From: a virus
Lineage: Duplodnaviria > Caudoviricetes
DNA: 43,933 bases
IMG/VR virus record: IMGVR_UViG_3300036861_000320
Location: 1-43,933 of that record
Direction: 5' to 3' (one strand)
Positions within the stretch are counted from its first letter, which is position 1. Each line of letters opens with the position of its first letter. The notes under the pieces are model-generated. The model had not been told where the DNA came from. It ran no database searches and saw only the letters and a program-made list of their open reading frames with translations. A program made the position numbers and the translations under genes. Positions 32,026-42,793 of the stretch are shown here, piece by piece.

Positions 32026-34243
32026 TGTCGTCCTCAGGTTTCCCGCCTAGTAAACGAGCGGCAGTGGTTAAAGCCGCCAGGTCTTGAGGCCGCAGGCTCT
32101 GTTTTCCCGCTGTGATGCTGTCGGCGATTTGCCGGCCTTTTGGTGTTGCCATGAGAATCTGGGAGATCCAGTGCGGGGCTGTGCCCAGGACCGCGCCCGC
32201 GGCCCGAATCCAAGCGGAGTTGGCCCCTGCAAATGGGTAGGTGACGTTCGCCACTTCCGCGCCAGCCATCTTCCCAAAGATTGCATGGGAGATCGGGAAC
32301 GGCCCTAAGTTGGGCTTGGTCGGCTCCGGGGCTGATCCCGAGTACGGGGGACGAACATTGCTGTAATCTGGCTTGGCTTCCTGCGGTCGTACCGGCGCGG
32401 TCTTGTAAACGGGCCGCTCGAGGTCTGGCGGCTCCGGGGTGCTTGGGTAGTCCACTCCTGAGTAGTCCGGCTTGACAGGCTCGGGTTCCTCCCTAGTGGC
32501 CCCCATCCTTCGGATAAGCTTCGTTTCGGCTTCGGAGTAGTTTGGCGTTTTGGCCGGTTGTTTGGTGACCGGGCGTCCCACTGGCTCTGTCGGTAGCTTG
32601 TCAATCTCAGCGTGGACTTGCGCCCACTCCTCTGGGGTTACGCTAGTAGCGAATTTATTGGTCTTAGGGTCGGAAAGCTGGTTGATCCGATCCCGTATCT
32701 GCGGGGTCTTGACTCGGAACTCCCCCGGTGCCGGGTTAGTGGTGTTTGAGTCCACGGCGCTCTGGATTTCTTCAATTGTCTTGGCTCGACTCCAGAGCCT
32801 CTGCCCCTCAAAGTGTTTGCCAACCGCCGTGGCCGCGTCTGGGTTGCCTGCTGCTTGCTTTGTTAGCATCTGCCCAACTGTGTCATACATCTCCACAGCG
32901 GCTTTGTACTGTTTTCCAGAAGCTTTCCCGACCGCCCGGCCTAGCTCTTGATGCACGTCAATCAGATCACCAAGCGGTCTTGGTTCCCCGCCTCCCCACT
33001 TCTGGAGTCGGCTGATAACCCCGGACATGGGGCTGTAAGGGTCCACCGGGCTCTCTAAATCAAGCCCGGCAGCCTTCGCCGCCTTGTTGAGCGGCGTCAC
33101 GTCCACTACTGGAGCTTTCTCTGCCGCTGCGCTGGACTCCTTGTAGGCCGCCCGGTAGTCCCCGGCGTCTATCCCGCCTGTGGCGTTCTGGGAGGTCTCG
33201 GCTGCCGCTTTGTTGTGCGCGGCTACCCGCTGATCCCTGGCCATCACCCGTTGAGCGATCAGGGCGTCTTTTTGCTCGTTGCTCAAGTCCGTGCGCCGGT
33301 GGATATCCGCCACTTCATCGCGAAACTCGGTAAGAATCTTCTGCCGGGCTTCTTGCCGGCTCTGGGCCTGCTCGGCTGTCTTGGCCTGTGCCAGCGCGTC
33401 AGCCGCTCGAATTTCGCCCTCGGCCTTGCGTTGGGCAGCCAGTTTTTCTTGTGCGAACTTGGCTTCAGCCCGCGTATTCGCCTGGCCAACCGTGGCCGCT
33501 TCCTTGTTGTTATACACAGCCCGCTCGGTCAGTTCGTTGCCGTACGCCGTGCTCCGCGCCTTGTTCTCAGTGGCCGCTGCAGCTTCGGCTGCCGCCATGT
33601 CCTCTGCCCGGCCTACCATTGCTTCGTCAACCTTCTGCCGGTGCTCCAGGATGTCTGCCGCTGTCTTCTCGTCTGCCCGTTGGTAAGCCCGCCTGGCTGG
33701 CCCGGTGCCCGCTTTCAGGCCCCCTAAAGCCCCTCGAACACCTATAGGAGCAAGGAGGCTGGCAGTGTCCATTGTGGTCCAACCCAAAGGCTGACCTTCG
33801 ATTGCATTAACCGCCCGGTTGGCGACTACGTTCCCTACGCCCTCGCCCACTGCGGAAGCAACTGAGCCGAGTAAAGGACGGGCAGCTTTAAGCGCCTGTC
33901 CAGGCAGGGAGCCAACGACTGGTAAGGCCATGCTGAGCCCGGCTTCTAGGAGCCCTTTTTGTGACGCAAGCGATTTCTCTTCAAGCGTCTGGTTCTTGAT
34001 ACCCCGGCCAGGTTGACTGGCCAGCCATTTCTCGGCCTGCCCGACGTTGGCTTGTCGGACTTGAAAGACGTCTGGTAAAGTGAGCCCCTCCATTCGGTCA
34101 CTGCCGTAAACGAACTCTTCCCGCTCGGCTGGAGTGGCCTGATGGTAGGCGAGTAAGACTTTCCCCTTTTTGTCAGCATCCGCCTTTTGGAATTCCTCGC
34201 TGTGAACAAGAGCCTCAAGCACTTCATTTCTGTACTCAGCCAT
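32018..34243 (-). CDS. Internal virion/DNA ejection protein
   Basis: 741 aa, Ala-rich helical, Pro-rich KPDYS/TPNYS repeats; podoviral position. Confidence 0.6.
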   Translation of the reverse strand: MAEYRNEVLEALVHSEEFQKADADKKGKVLLAYHQATPAEREEFVYGSDRMEGLTLPDVFQVRQANVGQAEKWLASQPGRGIKNQTLEEKSLASQKGLLEAGLSMALPVVGSLPGQALKAARPLLGSVASAVGEGVGNVVANRAVNAIEGQPLGWTTMDTASLLAPIGVRGALGGLKAGTGPARRAYQRADEKTAADILEHRQKVDEAMVGRAEDMAAAEAAAATENKARSTAYGNELTERAVYNNKEAATVGQANTRAEAKFAQEKLAAQRKAEGEIRAADALAQAKTAEQAQSRQEARQKILTEFRDEVADIHRRTDLSNEQKDALIAQRVMARDQRVAAHNKAAAETSQNATGGIDAGDYRAAYKESSAAAEKAPVVDVTPLNKAAKAAGLDLESPVDPYSPMSGVISRLQKWGGGEPRPLGDLIDVHQELGRAVGKASGKQYKAAVEMYDTVGQMLTKQAAGNPDAATAVGKHFEGQRLWSRAKTIEEIQSAVDSNTTNPAPGEFRVKTPQIRDRINQLSDPKTNKFATSVTPEEWAQVHAEIDKLPTEPVGRPVTKQPAKTPNYSEAETKLIRRMGATREEPEPVKPDYSGVDYPSTPEPPDLERPVYKTAPVRPQEAKPDYSNVRPPYSGSAPEPTKPNLGPFPISHAIFGKMAGAEVANVTYPFAGANSAWIRAAGAVLGTAPHWISQILMATPKGRQIADSITAGKQSLRPQDLAALTTAARLLGGKPEDDNE

Positions 34244-36594
34244 TATTTCGATGCCTCAGCCAGAGGGTTCGGTCGTTTCTTTGGTTGGCCACTCGGGGTT
34301 GGCCCGGCGTCCGGTTCCGAGAGTGACGGGGACGCCGTCTGGGGCTTTGGTGTGGTTGGCGCTAAGGTCGGCTCTCCCACGTCCCAAACCTTGGGCACAA
34401 ACGTCCCGTTTTCTCGCATGGCTTGATTATGTTGTTGGGCGTATCGGGTAGCGAGTTGTAGGGCCTTATTGAGCCTTGCCCGGAAAATAGGCGGGTCATC
34501 GGTGTCACGCGGAAGTTCGGCAACCACCCGCTCGAACTCGGTCGCTGTCAGTGCCTTGCCGCCAACGGTAAATGCCTTGTCAGTTATGATCTTATCAAGC
34601 AGGAGGCGTTGGGCTGTTACGTCATCCTTGGCGCTAATGCCGAACATCTGCTTGAAACGCTCCACTCGCCCGGCGATTGGCCCGGTGGCGATTGTCCCGT
34701 ATTTGTTCGCCAGCTCCTGAAGGTTCGTTACAAATTCCTTTCGGGCACCCGCCTGATCGACTTGGGTATCGGACATCGGCTCCACCTGGTGGTACAGGCC
34801 CGAGGCTTTGAGGTCGGCCCGCGTGGAGCCCACCGGGGCCGGGTTCCCCTCGGCATCCCGGTACTTGTTCACGTCGGGAATGATTTGGTTGGCGTTGGCT
34901 GCCTCGGCTACCCGTATTTGCGAGGGTTCGGCAATCGCCACATCCGACCGCTTCTTCTTCGCCTCTTCCTCGCGCTTGAACTGGGCGAGTCCGTTGTAGA
35001 TTTGGGCTTTATTCAACGGATCGAGCTGATTGTAAGGCACCCCTGCCTGGGATTTGGCGTAGTCGTCCAGGTCGGTCGAAACGTTTGTATTGAACTTCTT
35101 ATCCAGGGACTCCCGCCGCTTCAGCTTGGCATCAAGAAGCTTCGCCCGGTTGTCGTACATTTTGTTGATTTCTTCAACACCCGACGCCGGGCCGATATTT
35201 TCCATCCATTGCACATCTTGAGCGATTGATTTATCCAAAGCGTTGAGGGTTGCCTGCGCCTCTTTCGGGGCACCTTTGATTGGCTCTCCCTGGTAGCCAG
35301 GGAGGGAGGTGTACTGGCGCATGCCGCGTTGTACGTATCCCTGGGTCTCCTGGATGCTCGGCACGGCATTCCCCGCCCGCTGCACCCGGCCCTCGCCAGC
35401 GTTGTACCCGGCAAACTGAAGCTCCGGCTTCCCTGGAAACATCGTATTGAGTTGAGTGTAGTATTTTAGTGCTCCAGCAATTGCCTGCCGGTCGTCTGTT
35501 GGGTCCTGGACGCCGTATTGTTGAGCCGTAGCAGGCATGAATTGCAGAACCCCTCGTGCCCCTTTGGGGCTGGTAGCCGTAGAGTCGTACCCGTTTGTTT
35601 CAATCGCTGCGGTCGCCTTGACCATCTGAACGACATGAGGGTCTGCACCCATCTGTTGGCCGATCTCGTCAACCATGCCCTCAAACGCCTGCCGCCGGTC
35701 GGAGCGCTGGCTCTGTTCCTGCGGACTGAGGGCTGCCGATTGACCCCCTTGGAGGGTGCCCACGGGGGGCATAGGGGCATTCTGATACGTAGGAAGGGTA
35801 GAGGTACCTTCGGACGGTAGAGCGCCGTCCTGGGGGTTTAGAGAGCGCTCTAACAGCTTGTTTATGAGCTGGCCCTTCTTGGTCTCAACTGCATGCTTTT
35901 CAGCATCGGTTTTCTGCTTCTTGATCCGTGAGAACGCCTCAAAGAACTTGACTGCTCCGGCTTGCGTTCCGTTGACCAGCTTGCCGGTTTCCTCAGGCGA
36001 CAGCCCAAGCTCCGTGGCGAGCATTTGGGTGGTCTGCTTGGCTACTGCCAGGTCTTCTTCGTCGGCTTTCTTGAGGAAGTCCATCATGAGCGGGTCCATC
36101 TGGATGCCCTGGGCTCCGTAGAACCGCTCCAGGGTCTTGACCAGTGGGCCGCGTTGGCCAGGGTCGGTTGCCTCGATTGCCTTGTAGATGTTGCCTTCGG
36201 TGACGGCGTTTTGGCGGGCGTTGAGGTCCCTCTTGACATTGTAATTTTGCGCCTGGGCGAGGTAGTTTGCCCGTGATCCGCCAGGGTTGAAGGTGCGGGC
36301 CAACCAGCTCGGATTGTAGGGCGCGAGTTCTTCGTAGCTGGAAGGCTTGGGCTGCATCATGGGGGCGTTGCGGATAGCTGATTCCCCGATATAGTCCGGG
36401 GGCTTCTGGTAGGGGCCGCTGGGGCTGTAATCACCGGGGTAGAGGTCCTGGAACCGCTGAGCCTTCCCCTGGGACCAATCCCCCATAGTCATGAGGCTGC
36501 TTGTAGGCGTTAGGGCCTGCGCAGAGGTGTCGGGCTCGTAGAGCGGTCCTTGGTATAACGGTGCGTCGTTTTCGTCGATTGTGTTAAAGCCCAT
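34243..36594 (-). CDS. Internal virion protein with soluble lytic transglycosylase (SLT) domain
   Basis: IETNG, SPKGARGVLQFMPATA, AGYNAGEGRV, ETQGYV; ATG 36594 follows upstream stop. Confidence 0.85.
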   Translation of the reverse strand: MGFNTIDENDAPLYQGPLYEPDTSAQALTPTSSLMTMGDWSQGKAQRFQDLYPGDYSPSGPYQKPPDYIGESAIRNAPMMQPKPSSYEELAPYNPSWLARTFNPGGSRANYLAQAQNYNVKRDLNARQNAVTEGNIYKAIEATDPGQRGPLVKTLERFYGAQGIQMDPLMMDFLKKADEEDLAVAKQTTQMLATELGLSPEETGKLVNGTQAGAVKFFEAFSRIKKQKTDAEKHAVETKKGQLINKLLERSLNPQDGALPSEGTSTLPTYQNAPMPPVGTLQGGQSAALSPQEQSQRSDRRQAFEGMVDEIGQQMGADPHVVQMVKATAAIETNGYDSTATSPKGARGVLQFMPATAQQYGVQDPTDDRQAIAGALKYYTQLNTMFPGKPELQFAGYNAGEGRVQRAGNAVPSIQETQGYVQRGMRQYTSLPGYQGEPIKGAPKEAQATLNALDKSIAQDVQWMENIGPASGVEEINKMYDNRAKLLDAKLKRRESLDKKFNTNVSTDLDDYAKSQAGVPYNQLDPLNKAQIYNGLAQFKREEEAKKKRSDVAIAEPSQIRVAEAANANQIIPDVNKYRDAEGNPAPVGSTRADLKASGLYHQVEPMSDTQVDQAGARKEFVTNLQELANKYGTIATGPIAGRVERFKQMFGISAKDDVTAQRLLLDKIITDKAFTVGGKALTATEFERVVAELPRDTDDPPIFRARLNKALQLATRYAQQHNQAMRENGTFVPKVWDVGEPTLAPTTPKPQTASPSLSEPDAGPTPSGQPKKRPNPLAEASK

Positions 36595-36595
36595 A

Positions 36596-37714
36596 TTACG
36601 CCAATGCCGCCTTTCCCATTGCGCCGCCCGCCCCGCCGAGGAAACTGCCAGCCATACTCCCAACAAACCCGTTACCACTGGGGCCGCCGCCAAGGGCACC
36701 GCCGAAGAACCCGCCGCCCTCGCCACCAATGCCGAGGCCGAGGAAGCCCTTATTCTTGTTGTCTGGGTCGGTCTGCCAGTTGGCGAGTTTGCCCTGCATG
36801 ATTTGGGCGCCAGTCCCAAGGCCGAGGTTGCCTTGCTGAGCGCTCGCGTTAGCGTACAATTGTGCCAGGTTCATGGCGCCAGGGTCCTGGAAGGCTGCAT
36901 TAATGCCGCCATAAAGAGCACCGAGGCTTTGAAGAGGGGAGGTTCGCGTGTTCTGTATGGCGCCTTGGGCTTGTAACGCTGCCTGCTGAGCGTTTAATGG
37001 AATTCCATAGAAGTTTTGTGCGTTCGCTTGCTGCTGAGCAAGGTTGCCTTGCCCCATCATAGAGGCGAGTTGCGCTGCTGAGCCGATTTCGTTGTGTTGA
37101 GCGCTAAAAATGCTCTCGTTTTTACGCTGGTTGAACTCGGCCAAAGCCTGAATACCGGGGGTTGTGGTGTCGTACCCTGGTCCGAAGTTTTTAATGAGAG
37201 AATCCCGTAGCTGCCGTTCTGACTCGTCTAATTGACGTTGGAGATGGGGGTCAACCGGAAGCTCGCCCCGCATGGCGGCAGCACTCCGGTTCAGAAACTG
37301 CCCTTGGAGAGCCTGGGAAGCGGCCCGATTGCTCCGGGGGTCTTCCGACAGAGTGAAATTCCCTTGTGCGTCTTGACCGGGGGTGTACCCCATATTTTGG
37401 TACTGCCAAGGGACTGTCTGCTCGGCAGTGCGAGCCAACCGTTCGGCAGCACTAGACTGGCTCTGAAGGCCCTGGTTGTAGCCCTCTTGCCGAGCCATTT
37501 GGTCGTACACAAGAGGCATAAGACCTTGTTGTGTAGTCCATTGCCAGCCCTGGCGCTGAGCGGCCAATTGTGCTTGCTGCCGGGCAAAGTCTTGAGACCA
37601 CAGCGAGTTATTAATATAGTCTTGTGTGGCAATTGGGTTGATGTTGGACCCCTCAGTACCCATGCCGCTTTCACCGGTAAATAGTTCACCGACACTGCCA
37701 AAAACGCCAGCCAT
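36596..37714 (-). CDS. DNA ejection/pilot protein
   Basis: Gln/Gly/Ala-rich with Gly-rich hydrophobic C terminus. Confidence 0.6.
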   Translation of the reverse strand: MAGVFGSVGELFTGESGMGTEGSNINPIATQDYINNSLWSQDFARQQAQLAAQRQGWQWTTQQGLMPLVYDQMARQEGYNQGLQSQSSAAERLARTAEQTVPWQYQNMGYTPGQDAQGNFTLSEDPRSNRAASQALQGQFLNRSAAAMRGELPVDPHLQRQLDESERQLRDSLIKNFGPGYDTTTPGIQALAEFNQRKNESIFSAQHNEIGSAAQLASMMGQGNLAQQQANAQNFYGIPLNAQQAALQAQGAIQNTRTSPLQSLGALYGGINAAFQDPGAMNLAQLYANASAQQGNLGLGTGAQIMQGKLANWQTDPDNKNKGFLGLGIGGEGGGFFGGALGGGPSGNGFVGSMAGSFLGGAGGAMGKAALA

Positions 37715-37716
37715 AA

Positions 37717-38184
37717 TTAGGATTCCATCTGCAAGGGGACGCGATACACATTGTAACGATTGTTATAGATTTGACGGCACAGTTCGGCTTGTCGTAGCTC
37801 TTCCCAGATTCGCCTACCCGAGGGCTTAAAGTTAGGCATAATGACCGTATAGTGTGCGATTCCAGCGTGCCGTAGGAAATACTCGTAACAGTCAATCAGC
37901 CGAAAAAGCACGGGAACATGGTTTTTGATATCGTACGCTACATGGCAAGGGGAGCCGATTACACCCCACTTCGGGTTGATGCGTGTCGCCATGACGCCGA
38001 CTACTTTGTTCCCTCGGACTGCCAGAATGGTAGGGTAGCTAATCTGAACCTGCTTGTAATCGGGGCAGCCCTCATTGTCGAACGTGTAGCGGGGGTGTTT
38101 CGACTCTTGACGAAAGAATGCATGGCAGGCTTTGTAATCCGCAGGGGTCTGGCACAGCCGGTACTGGGTGCTGGTTGGGTGCAT
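37717..38184 (-). CDS. GNAT-like virion assembly protein
   Basis: ILAVRGNKVVGVM strand pattern; position before ejection proteins as in T7 gp13-like genes. Confidence 0.45.
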   Translation of the reverse strand: MHPTSTQYRLCQTPADYKACHAFFRQESKHPRYTFDNEGCPDYKQVQISYPTILAVRGNKVVGVMATRINPKWGVIGSPCHVAYDIKNHVPVLFRLIDCYEYFLRHAGIAHYTVIMPNFKPSGRRIWEELRQAELCRQIYNNRYNVYRVPLQMES

Positions 38185-38185
38185 G

Positions 38186-40030
38186 TTAGGCCCTGAATGG
38201 GGGTTTGAAGATACGCCAGGAAAAGTTGTAGGGGTTGGCGCCGGGATCAGCGGATATATTGACTTGGAAAGACGTTCCGCCGATGGTGCTAAGCCACATA
38301 AGGCCGACTGCATTGGAGGGGGCCGCTGTCGGGGTAATCACGATATCCGACGCCGCTGGAATATAGCCTAGACCGTGGGTAATAGTGGTATTCCAGGGAC
38401 CGGCGCCTGTAACAATTGAACCGGTTCCGGCTTCCAAGTCCGTGGGGATCGGCTCATTGACAAAAGTTTCACCGAGCCCGAATACCCCAAAGTTAGCATT
38501 GTAACTGTTGGCCAGGGTTGCGGTAAACGTGGTCGTGGTCACTGCTGTAATCGTGGTGATTTCCTGGAGCCCCAGGGGGGTATTCATGATGAAGACCTTG
38601 TCGCCCACTTTCGGAAACGCCGCCGTACCTTGAAGGCCCATATCGCGGGGGGTAATGACCTGGCCAGCCCCGGCATTGGCCGAAGAGGCACTAGTGGAGT
38701 AAAGACGCTGATGATACTTTATGCCCGATAAATTGGCCAAGGAGACGTTCATAAACGGCTGCTCGTTTGCGGTGCCACTATCAATATATTTCGTATTCCC
38801 CGCAATGCGGAGTCCAGCAACCACCGGACTCGTTACGTGGATGCAGGAGGTTTGGCCAGAGGAGCCTACGAAAGAATTATCAACAATTGACCCGCCTAAA
38901 GCATTTTCGATCTGAATGTGGGTGGTAGCCCCGGACGTCGATGAGAACGCGTTTGATCGGATGACTGGAGAATAGTTGGCCCCATAGGTAGTGCCAGCCA
39001 GGGCGGTCGAATTTTTCAAGGACAACGGTATTGAGGTCTGGGACTCAAAGAAATTCCCCTCCACCCGTAGCATACTTGCGTTGGCCGCCCGAATGCCGAT
39101 GGTGCCCGCATTAAAGTTGCTGTTGGAGATATTGTGATTAACGCCCCCATCATCTCGAATATGGACTGCCGTGGTACTCCCGGACAGGACGTTGAACTGG
39201 CAATCCTGAATAGAGATGACGTTTGTAAACTGTGGGTCGGCGCCAACCGTGTGCTCCGGACCGCTCACCAGCCAGATTCCCACGCCGTTTTTCACGAGGA
39301 ATTCACAGTCATGGATCGATGCATGCTCCGTCTGATCTAACAAAAGGTTGTAATTGAACCCTTGAAAAAACATGCGCTCAAATGTAAGGAAGGCGTCCCC
39401 AACATCCACATACCCGTTCCCGCTGTCGGTGGTATTTGCTGTTATGCCAAAATCTCGCAGATTAATGTTTTTGCGCGTGGCGGAATCAATATTACCCGTT
39501 GACTTCATGGCATCGCCCGAGTGGGCTGATAGGAGATACGAAATAAGCGGCCCGGCACCTTGGACGGTGGTGTTGGCGTAGACGGTCAAGGCACTCGTTG
39601 TCTTGTACGACCCTTTTGGAAGGTAGACGACTCCGCCGCCTGCCGTGTTGGCGGCATTTAGTGCCGCTTGGAGGGCCGTTGTATCGTCTGTTGTGCCGTT
39701 GCCCACCGCACCGTACCCCTTAACATTGTGCCACCCGAGTCCAAAGGGGGTCTCATACCACTGGACAATGGTTGGGTCTATAGCAAGCTTGGTGTCATAG
39801 ACGGCGTAGCGAAGCCGCTCAACTTCTCCAGCCAGGGCAGTTGCTAACGACTCACTGCCAACCTCGCCGGGGTCCGTCTTGGTTTGCATCGCAGTGGTGT
39901 TCGCTGAGTAATCGTCCATATGTTGCGGATCAAAATTGTCCACCACATTTTGGTTATCGGCGTTGTATTTGGCTGCCGTGAGAACTTCGCCAGTCGTGCG
40001 GGTATTGATAGTGAATGAACCTGCGGGCAT
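38186..40030 (-). CDS. Tailspike with right-handed beta-helix (pectate lyase-like depolymerase)
   Basis: NVKGYGAVGNGTTDDTTALQAAL...GGGVVYLPKGSY and repeated I.N..F stacks. Confidence 0.85.
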   Translation of the reverse strand: MPAGSFTINTRTTGEVLTAAKYNADNQNVVDNFDPQHMDDYSANTTAMQTKTDPGEVGSESLATALAGEVERLRYAVYDTKLAIDPTIVQWYETPFGLGWHNVKGYGAVGNGTTDDTTALQAALNAANTAGGGVVYLPKGSYKTTSALTVYANTTVQGAGPLISYLLSAHSGDAMKSTGNIDSATRKNINLRDFGITANTTDSGNGYVDVGDAFLTFERMFFQGFNYNLLLDQTEHASIHDCEFLVKNGVGIWLVSGPEHTVGADPQFTNVISIQDCQFNVLSGSTTAVHIRDDGGVNHNISNSNFNAGTIGIRAANASMLRVEGNFFESQTSIPLSLKNSTALAGTTYGANYSPVIRSNAFSSTSGATTHIQIENALGGSIVDNSFVGSSGQTSCIHVTSPVVAGLRIAGNTKYIDSGTANEQPFMNVSLANLSGIKYHQRLYSTSASSANAGAGQVITPRDMGLQGTAAFPKVGDKVFIMNTPLGLQEITTITAVTTTTFTATLANSYNANFGVFGLGETFVNEPIPTDLEAGTGSIVTGAGPWNTTITHGLGYIPAASDIVITPTAAPSNAVGLMWLSTIGGTSFQVNISADPGANPYNFSWRIFKPPFRA

Positions 40031-40045
40031 GGGATTCCTTCGTGG

Positions 40046-41614
40046 TTAAGCGGGTATAGCTACGCGTTCGTCACCGGCGCTGTAATAGAGATAAGCTTTG
40101 CCAATGTTAAAGTCTTCAGCAGCCCCGGCGTTGTAGAAGATGACCGAGAATTCCTTGCCAGAACCGACAATACGCCGCTTTCGGGAGGACAGGAGAGTGG
40201 AATCCCCCAACACATCGGTCCCAAGAATGAAGGTGCCAAGGGCAACGCCACGTGGGTTCATCGAGAACTGTACCGTCTGAGTAATCTTCCCATCCCAGAG
40301 GACGGAGGCCGACAGGTTCCAATTGCCTTTGGGCTCGGCCACAATCTCCAGGAATTTGCCGAGTTTACGCTTCGTGGGCGCCCCGAGGTCGGAGTACGCT
40401 GTCTGGAACGACCCGGTGTACGCCGCGCCGTCCTTGGATCGGGTACTCTGGTCCATATACCATATGAAGGCAGTGGCGTCCCCGGACATCAGGCGCGGGA
40501 TATTGTTTGCGTCTTTACGAAGCCAGAGGGACTGGCAAGTATCACGGGTTGAGTACCGGAAGCGGGGGACATCGGGCCGGTTAAAATCCACCACCAAGCG
40601 TGCCGTATTCGTCGAAGCCCCGAGTTGGGCGAGAGCGAAATGCGCCTCCCGCTTGGCTACATAAAAAGCCGAACGAACTTTGTCAAGTTGGCTAAGATTA
40701 ATGTTCTCGTCAAAAAAGGGCTTAAGCTCGTGAACGTGAGACAGGTCCTTCGCCCCGATCTGCCCATACTCCTGGATACCGGAGAGGAGCTGGAAATTCC
40801 CAGTAGCGTCTAGGAATAGGACATCATCATTGACCTGGAGAGCCGCTAAAGGGCCGGCCCCGCCAATTGTTCGGTTGAGCCGGGCCACCCGCCAATTGGT
40901 GGTTGTCACGCTGCTTGTGTCGATAGCGTAAATGCCAGTGGGGTACTTCCAAATGAGAAGGAGCGACTTGAAACTCATGATTTGAACTATCTTCTCACCT
41001 TCGCCGGGAAACACTGCAACAGAACCGGTTCCAGCTGAGGTGAAGTCCTCATGGTTTGTCGCCAGGCTGTAGTACACTCGGTGGGCCAGTGCCCCCCACA
41101 GGCGGTTCTCGTGGATGCAGCCACCGATTGGTTGGTTGGCGCCCGACCAGTCCGCCGGGGGTGTGGCCAGGTTGGCGGTTGTGGCCCCGTCCGCTGCCAG
41201 AACTTGGACGGCGTTAACCCCGTTAAAACAAAAGAGTTTCCGGTTGCTAGCTATTGCCTCGGCTCCGCCCTCCACAAACACAGGGACGCAATCCCCGGAC
41301 AGGCCACTTACGAGGGTCACCGGGAACGTACCATCGCCCGAGTCCTTCTTCATGACACCGCCATCGAGGTACACCACCATGCGCTGAGTGCCTGTCACCG
41401 GCCACCAGTCCCAACCCCCGAGCACCGATGCCCCACCGGTTACGGCAGTGCTGTTGTACTTGGTGGCTCCCCCTTCCTTGCCCACTGCCCCGTCGTGAAA
41501 CTGGACATTCAGGGCCTGGAGGAGTTGACCAGGCTGAAGGCTGGCAAGGTTCTTTGTCCCGGTGAGGCCAAAGGTCCCCAGAGTTATCTCGCTTATCTCC
41601 CCAGTGAATGACAT
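40046..41614 (-). CDS. Tail nozzle/DNA stabilisation protein (P22 gp10/T7 gp12-like)
   Basis: 522 aa beta-propeller-like; HENRLWG...RVYYS; position after adaptor. Confidence 0.7.
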   Translation of the reverse strand: MSFTGEISEITLGTFGLTGTKNLASLQPGQLLQALNVQFHDGAVGKEGGATKYNSTAVTGGASVLGGWDWWPVTGTQRMVVYLDGGVMKKDSGDGTFPVTLVSGLSGDCVPVFVEGGAEAIASNRKLFCFNGVNAVQVLAADGATTANLATPPADWSGANQPIGGCIHENRLWGALAHRVYYSLATNHEDFTSAGTGSVAVFPGEGEKIVQIMSFKSLLLIWKYPTGIYAIDTSSVTTTNWRVARLNRTIGGAGPLAALQVNDDVLFLDATGNFQLLSGIQEYGQIGAKDLSHVHELKPFFDENINLSQLDKVRSAFYVAKREAHFALAQLGASTNTARLVVDFNRPDVPRFRYSTRDTCQSLWLRKDANNIPRLMSGDATAFIWYMDQSTRSKDGAAYTGSFQTAYSDLGAPTKRKLGKFLEIVAEPKGNWNLSASVLWDGKITQTVQFSMNPRGVALGTFILGTDVLGDSTLLSSRKRRIVGSGKEFSVIFYNAGAAEDFNIGKAYLYYSAGDERVAIPA

Positions 41615-41616
41615 AG

Positions 41617-42609
41617 TTACCCTAAAATGATGCCCGATTCGGTGCGTAGAAGTCCACGTTGCCAGCCGACCATGCGGGGTTTCAGACGGAAATAGTTGCG
41701 GGTCGCAGTCGCGGTCTGATACCGGTTTTCATTCTTGAGGCCCATCAATCCAGCTTGGGCAACACCTGCGGCGGCTCCGGAGCGGCTGTCATCCTTCACA
41801 CCGAACAGGTAGGCCAGCACAAAATCTGCAAGGAGATGCCGCCACTGCTTCGGTAACACGGGTTCTTCTGTTGTACCGGGAGAAGTCAGGAGCGTTGGCT
41901 GGAACAGATATTCATACTCCACACGTAGGTAGGTGGTCTGACTGGGGTGGATGTAGCGATTGAAACGGACCCGCCTCGTCCCCGGTGTGGTCTCTCCGAT
42001 CTCGGCATACATATCGGGGACGCCCACCGCTGACGTGACCAGAGGGTACTCTTCTTCCATACTATCAAGGTCGGACCGGTAAATCTTGTACCGGCTCCAT
42101 TCGCCACCTGTCGAGACATAGGTCCGCATGGGCGCCACAATCCGCATGACATCGGTGGCCAGGTTGTACTCCAGAGGGAAGACGGTGAAGCCTGCCGCCG
42201 CGTTGGTTGTCCCAGTGTAGACGGCATCTAAGGTCGCCGCAGTGCCCCCAGAGGTGTGCGCAGCGATACGGAAAACGTCGGCATGCCCATCGACACGAAA
42301 GTAGTAATTATCGAGGTCCACCGTGGGGCCAGATGAAAATGTGATGCTCGTCGAGTTGAGCGTGACCGACACCGTGCCAGTGTTAATGGCGGGCTTTAGG
42401 GTGAGAACGCCGGGAGTCGATTTCCGCAGCCAGGCCCAATCCTCATTCACGTTCGGAATCAGCTCAGAGCCACCCCGGCATATTTGGTAATACACCATAT
42501 TAAGGTATGTGAGCGCTTCGGCGGCATAATCCGAGGTCCCGTCAGTAGGTTCCCCACTTCTAAAGAGTGCGTCCGCCAGAATGTCGGAAGTCAGGACATG
42601 ATTAGCCAA
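41617..42609 (-). CDS. Head-tail adaptor (tail tubular A-like) with inserted beta domain
   Basis: ALTYLN...EDWAWLR, YNLATDV, EPVLPKQWRHLL motifs. Confidence 0.7.
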   Translation of the reverse strand: MANHVLTSDILADALFRSGEPTDGTSDYAAEALTYLNMVYYQICRGGSELIPNVNEDWAWLRKSTPGVLTLKPAINTGTVSVTLNSTSITFSSGPTVDLDNYYFRVDGHADVFRIAAHTSGGTAATLDAVYTGTTNAAAGFTVFPLEYNLATDVMRIVAPMRTYVSTGGEWSRYKIYRSDLDSMEEEYPLVTSAVGVPDMYAEIGETTPGTRRVRFNRYIHPSQTTYLRVEYEYLFQPTLLTSPGTTEEPVLPKQWRHLLADFVLAYLFGVKDDSRSGAAAGVAQAGLMGLKNENRYQTATATRNYFRLKPRMVGWQRGLLRTESGIILG

Positions 42610-42784
42610 GGGTCAATCCGTCCTCTACGCCAAGGAGTTCTTTCAACACTTCCACGGCTCCACTCGCTGCCTGAAGAAATTGCAGGAGCTGTTGGGCATC
42701 CGTCTGGAGGGCCTGGAGCCGCTCATTGGCGGTCTTTATCTCGGCCTGGAGGGCGTCAAGGCGGGCTTGGGCTTTTGCTTCCAT
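42602..42784 (-). CDS. Small coiled-coil protein (possible fibre assembly factor)
   Basis: AGGAG RBS; heptad repeat. Confidence 0.6.
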   Translation of the reverse strand: MEAKAQARLDALQAEIKTANERLQALQTDAQQLLQFLQAASGAVEVLKELLGVEDGLTLG

Positions 42785-42793
42785 AGCGGGCTC

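Noticed and set aside
36595-36819. N-terminal extension of the 858-aa ORF
   Set aside because: Overlaps the upstream gene; ATG 36594 follows its stop directly
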